Source: an uncultured Gammaproteobacteria bacterium
Lineage (GTDB): Bacteria; Patescibacteriota; Patescibacteriia; JACPHY01
Assembly (NCBI GenBank): GCA_964585225.1
Contig: CAZPCZ010000001.1
Span: 6,018-70,017, forward strand
Direction of reading: 5' to 3'
DNA: 64,000 bases
Shown here: positions 57,127-64,000 of the stretch, piece after piece
How the letters are laid out: the number at the start of each line of letters is the position of its first letter
Position numbering within the stretch: position 1 is the stretch's first letter
Position numbers and translations under genes: made by a program
Notes under the pieces: model-generated
The model's input: only the letters and a program-made list of their open reading frames with translations
What the model was told of the DNA's origin: nothing
Database searches by the model: none

Positions 57127-58157
57127 GCGCGTTGCACAACGGCCTCCGCAACCCACGCCCGCTCGATGATGACCCCTTTCGGGACGGGCTCCCGGAGCAC
57201 CTTCCCGATGACCTCGTGCTCATATCCGGGCGGGATGCCGCTGGCCGGGCGCACCCACGTGAGGTGCTCGCGGGCGAGGACGGTCCCTGCCGGGAGGTCC
57301 TGCGCCGCGGCGATGGAGCGTCGGAATGCAACGCGGCCCTGCTCCTCGCATGGTTGCGGCTGCTTCACGCCGCTCCCGAGCATCGACTCCGTGGTACGGA
57401 CGCGCGTGATGAGTTGCCGGAGCTCGTCCAGCGTTGCCGAGAGCTGGTGGTCACGGAAGTCCGAATGGTCGTGGGCGATGGTGAAGTGCTTCTCGATGAT
57501 CCGAGCGCCGAGCGCAATCGCGGCGACCGCCGCGTCGTCCCCCATCGTGTGATCCGAGTACCCGATCGTGCAGTCCGGGAACCGCTCGCGAAGCGCGGTG
57601 ATCGCGCGGAGGTTCGCCTGCTCCGGTGGGACTGGGTACGCGGCAACGCAGTGGAGGAGCGAGAGATCCGCTGTCGTACCGACCGCGCGCTGCGCAGTGC
57701 GGACGCGCGCGACCGCTGCCGCAACTTCGTCGAGGGTCGCAGTGCCGGTCGAGAGGATCACGGGCTTGCCGGTCGCCGCGACGGCATCGAGGAGCGGATA
57801 GAACGTGATGTCACCGGAGGCAGTCTTGAACACCGGCACGATGGGTTCGAGGAACGATACGCTCCCAAGGTCGAACGGTGTGGAAAAAAATACAATCCCA
57901 ACATCCCGAGCCACCGCGGCGAGGTGTCGCACCGCATCGTGCGCGAGTGTAAACTTCCGGAGCCGCGCAAGGCGCTCCGCATCGCGGCTACTCGCGTAGT
58001 GGTCGGGATTGAAGGTCTGGAGCTTCACCGCATCCGCGCCCGCATCAGCCGCGAGGTGAACGAGCTCCTCCGCGAGTGCGGAATCGCCCTCGTGGTTGTT
58101 CCCGACCTCTGCGACGACGACCACGCGCGTGTTCGTATCGAGCGAACCTATACGCAT
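57123..58157 (-). CDS. NeuB/SpsE/PseI-family nonulosonic acid synthase
   Basis: AEVGNNHEG, AVKLQTF, STPFD, K.ASGD, LHCV..YP, GYSDHT, IEKHFT, C-terminal SAF domain. Confidence 0.95.
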   Translation of the reverse strand: MRIGSLDTNTRVVVVAEVGNNHEGDSALAEELVHLAADAGADAVKLQTFNPDHYASSRDAERLARLRKFTLAHDAVRHLAAVARDVGIVFFSTPFDLGSVSFLEPIVPVFKTASGDITFYPLLDAVAATGKPVILSTGTATLDEVAAAVARVRTAQRAVGTTADLSLLHCVAAYPVPPEQANLRAITALRERFPDCTIGYSDHTMGDDAAVAAIALGARIIEKHFTIAHDHSDFRDHQLSATLDELRQLITRVRTTESMLGSGVKQPQPCEEQGRVAFRRSIAAAQDLPAGTVLAREHLTWVRPASGIPPGYEHEVIGKVLREPVPKGVIIERAWVAEAVVQRA

Positions 58158-58236
58158 AGAGAGCGCGAGAGCCACCGCAGCACGCCGTGCGTGGGATGTA
58201 CACGTGATGGTCGTGCTGACCGGTGGCCCAAGAATA

Positions 58237-59193
58237 CTACATCGATGGTCCCAACGAAGACCCTCCGTCTACCATGACGGGGATGCGACGGAGGTGGAAG
58301 GGATCGGCCTCATGCGTGTTCACGCCGTCGATCGCCGTCGGGCAGCAGACGATGCTGTGCGTCTTGAGACGTGCAATAACCGCGTCGTCGTAGTGGTGCG
58401 CGAGCCCCTCCGGGTACGCGTAGTGTCGCGCCACGACGCCTGCGCACTCGCGGAGCAGCCGCACGCTCATTGCGATCTCCCGCTCACGATCCGCTGGCGT
58501 ACAGAACGAGAGCATCGCATGCGAGTGGGTATGGCCACCGACGATGAACCCGTCCTGCGCCGCCAACGCGCGCACCTGCGCCCACGAGAGCTTTCGATCC
58601 AACGCATCGTCCCAGGTCATCGCCTCATCCACGCCGCACTGCTGGAACGTACACGCAACGAGCGCAGCGCGATCGATGGAAGGATCAACCTTCGCCCGCA
58701 CGCGGATCGCGTCGAGCAGTGCGATGCGTTCTCCGACCGACGAGAACACGCGGTCACGCTCCTCCCACGGGAGGCGTACTGCCCCTGGCGCAGCGTACTC
58801 GAGACACGCCTCGATGCGATCCACCCACGAACGCTCGTCGCTGCCGACCCAGCCGGTCGTCACGTAGAATGTTGCCGGCAACCGGAAATCGACAAGGATG
58901 GGAGCGGCAACGGATGCGTTGTTCTCGAACCCATCGTCGAACGTCAACGCGAACGATCGAGGTGGAAATGCAACGTGCTGCGCGCAGTGCGTGAGAACGT
59001 CATCCATCGTGAGCGGTGTCCCGCGCTCCCGCAGCATCCGGAGGAGCGCAATGAATTCCGCGCGCGCGATGTGCTTCCGGTTGTAGTTACGTACTGGGTG
59101 TGTGTGCCGTTCCACGACCCCATGGAAGAGGTAGATCGCGCATGCACGATCGTCGAGCCGATTCGCAAAGAACAGAGGTTCAATCATAAGCAT
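58237..59193 (-). CDS. polysaccharide deacetylase (NodB/CE4)
   Basis: LFHGV, LTFDDGF, PATFYV, GGHTHSH, YAYPEG. Confidence 0.92.
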   Translation of the reverse strand: MLMIEPLFFANRLDDRACAIYLFHGVVERHTHPVRNYNRKHIARAEFIALLRMLRERGTPLTMDDVLTHCAQHVAFPPRSFALTFDDGFENNASVAAPILVDFRLPATFYVTTGWVGSDERSWVDRIEACLEYAAPGAVRLPWEERDRVFSSVGERIALLDAIRVRAKVDPSIDRAALVACTFQQCGVDEAMTWDDALDRKLSWAQVRALAAQDGFIVGGHTHSHAMLSFCTPADREREIAMSVRLLRECAGVVARHYAYPEGLAHHYDDAVIARLKTHSIVCCPTAIDGVNTHEADPFHLRRIPVMVDGGSSLGPSM

Positions 59194-59231
59194 CCTCCCA
59201 CGTTCGCAGCGTACCAGCGATACCTGCGCGG

Positions 59232-59693
59232 TCAACCCGGTACCGCCACCGGTTGCGGTTGCATTGCGAACGCCGACCGGAGTGCCGTGATGTGCGCCGC
59301 GCACTGCTCGGGCGTGAGCTCGTGTACCGCATCGAGGACCGGCGCGCGCGGCCAGCCAGGATCGGTGAACATCATCCCGTAGAACTCTTTCGGTCCGGCG
59401 TACCGCGGCAGGATTGCCGCATGCGCCTCGGGCGTCGCCATCATGAGGAACAGGAGGTTCAGGCGGTCGGGCGCAAACACGCGCGAGAGCGCCGCCTCCG
59501 TGTTCCGCATCACCATGGCAAACTCTGTCCACGCCTCCGGCATGATTCCGCCGAGCGTCATCGCCTCCCCGCGATACACCACGAGGAGCGCACCAAGCGT
59601 GAGCGGACGACGCTGCGCGAGCACGAGCCAGTGGCCGTACTCCGCGACGAGCGTATCGGGATGCCCAAAACTGATGAGGGCTTCAGCGCGCAT
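59232..59693 (-). CDS. HIT-fold protein with degenerate histidine triad
   Basis: HW.VL..R..TLG, F.PDRLN...LMM..P, ILPRY; the triad position reads EAHAA. Confidence 0.78.
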   Translation of the reverse strand: MRAEALISFGHPDTLVAEYGHWLVLAQRRPLTLGALLVVYRGEAMTLGGIMPEAWTEFAMVMRNTEAALSRVFAPDRLNLLFLMMATPEAHAAILPRYAGPKEFYGMMFTDPGWPRAPVLDAVHELTPEQCAAHITALRSAFAMQPQPVAVPG

Positions 59694-60681
59694 GTGATGC
59701 GTTTCGATGGAACACGCCGGTCGCGTGGAGTGGCACGGGGGCGTTTGCACTCACGATCGCCTGAACCGCCTCACGAACCGTCGCCAACCGATCGTAACGC
59801 TGCGCCGTAGCGCCGAGAGGTGTCCCATCATCTGTCAGTATCGCGTGTGTAATCCAGAGACACCGATCCACGGCGCAGACGAGCAGACCGCGCTCTGTGA
59901 TCCGGTAGATCCGTCCCGGCTCTCCGTAGTACGGCGTCTCCGACAGCGCCGATCGGAGGAGCTTCACCCTCCGTCCCTTCCAGTACGTGAACGCGCCGGG
60001 GTAGGGATCGGTGAGCGCACGGATGCGATTGTGGACCTCTTGCGCCGTGAGCTGATCCCAGAGGATGAGTCCGTCGTCCGGAAACCGGATCGGGAAGTAC
60101 GCTGCCCGCGCGGGGTCCTGCGCGCGGAACGTCGCCGCACCGCGCGCGATCGCCTCCACCGCCGCGAGGAGCATGGAGGGGAATTCGCGCTCCGCAACCG
60201 CGTGGAGGTCGCCAATCGTATCGTCGGGGCCAATGGTGAACGTCCGATCGAGGATGACATCGCCGGTATCCACGCCGCTCGCCACCCGGATGATGGAGAG
60301 CGTGAAGGAGGGCTCTCCGCGGATGAGCGCCCAGTTCATCGGCGAAGAGCCGCGGCACTCCGGGAGCTTTCCCCCGTGGAGGTTCACGGTCATCACGGAC
60401 GGGATTACGATCGTGTGCTGCTGGAGAATCCTCCCGTAGCCGCCCAAAACGAAGAGGTCCGCTCGTTGCGCCTGGAGCGCGAGCATCGCATCGTCAGCGT
60501 TGGGATCGTCCGGCCCGAGGACGGGGATACCGCGGCGTTCGGCCGCATCGCGCACTGACGTCGGCGCGTCTCCGCGGTCTTCCGGGTGCACCACGACGCA
60601 CACGATGTCGTGTGTGGTCCCGCAGAGCGCGTCAAGGCACGCGACACCACGCGCGCCCTTCCCCCAGAAGACGATCCGCAT
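59683..60681 (-). CDS. sugar N-formyltransferase (Fmt/ArnA-like) #3
   Basis: NLHGGKLPECRGSSP, VDTGD, IRALTDPYPGAF. Confidence 0.9.
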   Translation of the reverse strand: MRIVFWGKGARGVACLDALCGTTHDIVCVVVHPEDRGDAPTSVRDAAERRGIPVLGPDDPNADDAMLALQAQRADLFVLGGYGRILQQHTIVIPSVMTVNLHGGKLPECRGSSPMNWALIRGEPSFTLSIIRVASGVDTGDVILDRTFTIGPDDTIGDLHAVAEREFPSMLLAAVEAIARGAATFRAQDPARAAYFPIRFPDDGLILWDQLTAQEVHNRIRALTDPYPGAFTYWKGRRVKLLRSALSETPYYGEPGRIYRITERGLLVCAVDRCLWITHAILTDDGTPLGATAQRYDRLATVREAVQAIVSANAPVPLHATGVFHRNASHAR

Positions 60682-60702
60682 ACGTGCCGCAGTATTCCCT
60701 CC

Positions 60703-61824
60703 CTACGCCGCCACCCGCACCGGCACCGCTGCGGGGAGCGTCATGGCTCCAGCCGCCGCGAGCGACCGGTACCAATCAATGTACCGCGCGAACCCGCGCT
60801 CGAGCGGGTACTGCGGATCATACCCGATCATCCGCCGCGCCTTCGAGACGTCGAGCGTGCCGCGGTCGGGCGTGAAGGCCTCCTTCGGCTCGTAGCGGAC
60901 GGTGGTGGTCGGGAAGTGCTCGCGTACGATGGCGGCCATCTCCGCAATGGAACGCCCGGCACCGTACGTGAGGTTGAACGTCTCGTTCTTCGCCTCCGGT
61001 CTCGTGAGCACGCACTCGATGCCGTGGATGAGGTCGTGGACGCACGTGAAATCGAGCCGATCGAAACCGTCCCCGTTCACGGTGATGTCCTTCCCCTGCA
61101 TCGCCTGCTCGATGAAGATCTGCCCGACGCGCCGCGAGACGCACCGCTCGCCGTAGAGCGCGGACGGTCGAACGATCGTGTACGGGAGACCGAATACCTG
61201 GTGGTAGGACTTCACGATGAGCTCGCCAGCGAGCTTCAGCGCGCCGTAGATGCCGAGCGGGTTGCACGGCGTCTCCTCGGTTGCGCGACCATCCGGAAAG
61301 TTCCCGTACACCATGGACGACGAGAAGTACACGAAGTGCTCGACGTTACCCCGCGAGTAGTCGAGCACGTTCTCGAGCGTCCGGAGCGAATGATCGAAGG
61401 TGCTGTGCGGATCCTTGTTCGATCGGTTCGCGTGCGCGACCGCGGCGAGCTGCACGATAGTGTCGGGCTGAAATCGCTTCAGGATGAGCGTGAGCGCGTG
61501 GTAGTCCCGCGCATCCTGCACGTTGAGCGGGATGCCCGCGCACTGGAGCAGCTCGAGTCGCTCGTGGAGCATCCTCGCGTAGATCGTTCGATTGCTCGTG
61601 CCGTTCTCCCCAATGAACGAGAGGAGGTTATTCACCTGGAGAGAGTCAATCACTTCCACCGCCGCCCCTTCCACAGCGAGTGCGAGCGCGAGATTATGCC
61701 CGATGAATCCCGCACCGCCGATGAGCGCAATGCGCCGTCCGTTCAACAAGGCCATACTTCCGAATTTATCCTGAGCGAGCAGAGCGAGCTGAAGGATCTC
61801 GTGGCTCGGGGACCGGATGCTCAT
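60703..61824 (-). CDS. NAD-dependent NDP-sugar epimerase/dehydratase
   Basis: IGGAGFIG, SSSMVYG, YGALK, RPSALYG; start is either 61824 (ATGA overlap) or 61755. Confidence 0.92.
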   Translation of the reverse strand: MSIRSPSHEILQLALLAQDKFGSMALLNGRRIALIGGAGFIGHNLALALAVEGAAVEVIDSLQVNNLLSFIGENGTSNRTIYARMLHERLELLQCAGIPLNVQDARDYHALTLILKRFQPDTIVQLAAVAHANRSNKDPHSTFDHSLRTLENVLDYSRGNVEHFVYFSSSMVYGNFPDGRATEETPCNPLGIYGALKLAGELIVKSYHQVFGLPYTIVRPSALYGERCVSRRVGQIFIEQAMQGKDITVNGDGFDRLDFTCVHDLIHGIECVLTRPEAKNETFNLTYGAGRSIAEMAAIVREHFPTTTVRYEPKEAFTPDRGTLDVSKARRMIGYDPQYPLERGFARYIDWYRSLAAAGAMTLPAAVPVRVAA

Positions 61825-61876
61825 CGTACCGAGGTCACGAGTGGGTGAGATGCTTCGCTTCGCTCAGCATGAACTC
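61762..61876. repeat. ~115 bp palindromic element spanning the DegT/epimerase junction
   Basis: Left arm TTATCCTGAGCGAG...GAAGGATCTC; reverse complement of the right arm TTCATGCTGAGCGAAGCGAAGCATCTC; inner stem TCGTGGCTCGG/CCGAGGTCACGA. Confidence 0.8.
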
Positions 61877-63026
61877 CTTGAATCACCGCTGCGAGCTGCG
61901 ACGCAATGTACCACATGTCGTCTTCCGTGAGGTGTGGACCGACCGGCAGCGCGATGCCGTGGTTGCTGATGCGCGCTGCGTTCGGGAATGCGGTCTCGGC
62001 GTACCCGTACTTCTCGCGGAAGTACGCGAGGTGCGGCACCGGGTGCGGGTAGTAGATGCTCGTACCCACACCGCGCTCCTTGAGCACCGCGACGACCTCG
62101 AACCGACGGGGCGCGGTGGCGTCGTCGAGGATGGCGAGACCGCAGTACCGGCTGCTCACGAACGAACCGCCGCTCGTCGCGAGGAGCGACACGCCCGGAA
62201 TTCGCGCGAGCGCGGCGCGCAGCGCGTCGTCGTTCCGCTGGCGCGCGGCGAGAAACCCGGGGACGCGCGTGAGCTGTACCGTGCCAATCGCGGCCTCCAA
62301 TTCATTCATCCGATAGTTGTACCCGAGCATCGTCACGTCGTACACGCCCGGGATGGCGCGCTCCGTCACGGTCTTGTCGAGACCGAACGCGCGCTGCCGG
62401 CGGATGCGCGCCGCGAGCGCGTCGTCGTTCGTCGTCACCATGCCCCCCTCAGCCGTCGTCATATGCTTCACGGGGTAGAACGAGAAGCACCCGACGTCGC
62501 CGAGCGTCCCGGCGTGGCGTCCGCGGAAGCGCGTGCCGATCGCGAGCGCGCAGTCCTCGACGACGAACAGCCCGTGGCGGTCCGCGATCGCACGCACGCG
62601 GTCCATGTCTACTGGCATGCCGAGGTAGTGGACGATCGAGAGCGCGCGCGTGCGCGGCGTGATGGCAGACTCCACCGCGTCGAGGTCGAGATTCCCGGTG
62701 CGCGACTCCGCATCCACGAACACCGGCGTCGCGCCGACGTACTCCACTGCAAACGCCGTCGCGACGTGCGTTTGTGCCGGGACGATCACCTCATCACCTA
62801 CACCAATGCCCGCCGCGAGGTACGCGAGGTGGAGGGCGGTCGTGCATGAACTCACGGCAATGGCGTGCCGCGCTCCCGTGAACTCCGCGAAGTGGTGTTC
62901 GAACTCCTCGATGCGCGGCCCGTGCACGAACGTCGTCCCTGCGAGCACCGCGGCGACGGCCACGCGCTCTTCATCGCCGATCATGGGTTTCCCAAATGGG
63001 ATCACGCGTGGAACAACTGCGGCCAT
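61821..63026 (-). CDS. DegT/DnrJ/EryC1/StrS sugar aminotransferase (PseC/ArnB-like)
   Basis: SSCTTALH, VEDCA, FSFYPVKHMTTAEGGM, GYNYRM. Confidence 0.95.
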   Translation of the reverse strand: MAAVVPRVIPFGKPMIGDEERVAVAAVLAGTTFVHGPRIEEFEHHFAEFTGARHAIAVSSCTTALHLAYLAAGIGVGDEVIVPAQTHVATAFAVEYVGATPVFVDAESRTGNLDLDAVESAITPRTRALSIVHYLGMPVDMDRVRAIADRHGLFVVEDCALAIGTRFRGRHAGTLGDVGCFSFYPVKHMTTAEGGMVTTNDDALAARIRRQRAFGLDKTVTERAIPGVYDVTMLGYNYRMNELEAAIGTVQLTRVPGFLAARQRNDDALRAALARIPGVSLLATSGGSFVSSRYCGLAILDDATAPRRFEVVAVLKERGVGTSIYYPHPVPHLAYFREKYGYAETAFPNAARISNHGIALPVGPHLTEDDMWYIASQLAAVIQGVHAERSEASHPLVTSVR

Positions 63027-63067
63027 AAGGTGAAGAGCGCGCCCCCGGCGCGCTCTCAACGGGTCCT

Positions 63068-64000
63068 CTATCGTACCGTAGCGACCGGCGTGTGGGAAAC
63101 CAACCCCATCTCTTGTTCTATCGCTAGGACATCCACAGGTTCTCCACTGTCTGCGGATCGCTCAATGGCGAAGCAGACGGCCATGGTCCGAAGTGCATCG
63201 TCCTCGGTGATGACCGGATCTCGCTGATCGAGCAACGCACTGATGAACTCCGTCAGGAGGTCGTACTTCGCGCACCCGGGGTACGGCTGCTCGACCGGCA
63301 CCGGCGGCACGGCGGGATCCCGCGACGTGTACCAGCGCCCGTGGGGGACGTCGTTCACGAACGTCGCCTGCGTACCGTAGAGCGCGACCGGGTGGAAGTG
63401 CGGCGATACGCACCCGAAATTCACGCTAACGGTCCCCACGATGCCACTGCGGAACTCGAAGGTCGCCGTGATGTAGTCGCGGAAGCGATACCGCGTGCCG
63501 CGCGAGGCAACCCGATTCCCGACCGCAAACACACGGAACACCTCGTCGCCCGTCAACCACCGCAGGAGGTCCACCACGTGGACACCGCCGCCGTACACCG
63601 CGGAGTAGAACGCCTGGCGTCCGCGCCACCCCTCCGTGAGCTTGTGGAGGCGTCCGTAGTTGTAGCCCGCCTCCACCGCGAAGATGTCTCCAAACGCGCC
63701 GGTGTCGCACTGCGCCTTCACCCACCGGAACCGCTGTGAGGTGCGGAGGATGGTGTTCGTGGTGAGTCGCAGTCCCGGGTGCGCGGCGAGCGCAGCACGG
63801 ATTCCGCGCGCCTCGTCCGGCGAGTAGCAGATCGGCTTCTCTGCGAAAACATGCTTCCCGTGTCCGAGCGCGGTCAGGATCTGCGCACCGTGCTGATCGT
63901 CATACGTCGCGATGACGACGCAGTCCACGTTCGGATCCGTGAGCACTGCATCGGCGTCGTTGCTCTGACGTACGCCCGGAAACCGTGCGCCGACCTCCGC
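63068..64000 (-). CDS. Gfo/Idh/MocA oxidoreductase, 5' end beyond the window edge
   Basis: GKHVFAEKP, GVHVVD; the frame is open to position 64000. Confidence 0.9.
   Translation of the reverse strand, partial: AEVGARFPGVRQSNDADAVLTDPNVDCVVIATYDDQHGAQILTALGHGKHVFAEKPICYSPDEARGIRAALAAHPGLRLTTNTILRTSQRFRWVKAQCDTGAFGDIFAVEAGYNYGRLHKLTEGWRGRQAFYSAVYGGGVHVVDLLRWLTGDEVFRVFAVGNRVASRGTRYRFRDYITATFEFRSGIVGTVSVNFGCVSPHFHPVALYGTQATFVNDVPHGRWYTSRDPAVPPVPVEQPYPGCAKYDLLTEFISALLDQRDPVITEDDALRTMAVCFAIERSADSGEPVDVLAIEQEMGLVSHTPVATVR

Noticed and set aside
45385-60681. Calling the formyltransferases fmt, or the AsnB enzymes housekeeping asparagine synthetases
   Set aside because: Multiple copies within a glycan operon point to sugar tailoring; asnB is used only as a family label.
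63034-63056. Hairpin AGAGCGCGCC/GGCGCGCTCT as a terminator
   Set aside because: No convincing U-tract, and it lies between co-oriented, functionally linked genes.

Overview
High-GC bacterial DNA, almost all on the minus strand. It is a very large cell-surface glycan biosynthesis locus (>50 tightly packed genes, many with ATGA stop/start overlaps) that runs off the right edge of the window. In transcription order: (i) a nonulosonic-acid-like block (two Gfo/Idh/MocA + DegT pairs, NeuB/SpsE synthase, SpsF-type cytidylyltransferase, GNAT, KpsS-like transferase, PglK-like ABC flippase) with three formyltransferases, two deacetylases, a FemAB-like acyltransferase and AsnB-type amidotransferases; (ii) GT4/GT2 glycosyltransferases, FkbM methyltransferases, a WaaL-like ligase, Gmd/Fcl, an NDP-sugar C-methyltransferase, three GT-C membrane transferases, Wzy, and WecB-like and RmlD-like enzymes; (iii) a ~5 kb non-glycan interruption (LhgO-like oxidase on the + strand, HIT, a three-gene operon with a HAD phosphatase, an MFS transporter); (iv) SDR + cupin, a WecA/WbpL-like initiating transferase, CapD/PglF and a partial YdcF/ElyC gene. 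No rRNA, tRNA, CRISPR array or transposase is recognisable. The most unusual signal is a set of short palindromic and 7-8 bp tandem repeats found both between genes and in frame inside enzymes: two insertions in the RmlD-like reductase, the tail of an SDR, a hairpin across a DegT/epimerase junction, and a (TGTCAGG)n tract in a GT4 linker. There is also a cupin gene frameshifted at a G6 run. The repeat style resembles Patescibacteria (CPR), but no marker gene is present, so taxonomy is inference only. All product calls come from motifs recognised by eye, not from database searches; several starts were trimmed from the ORF track.
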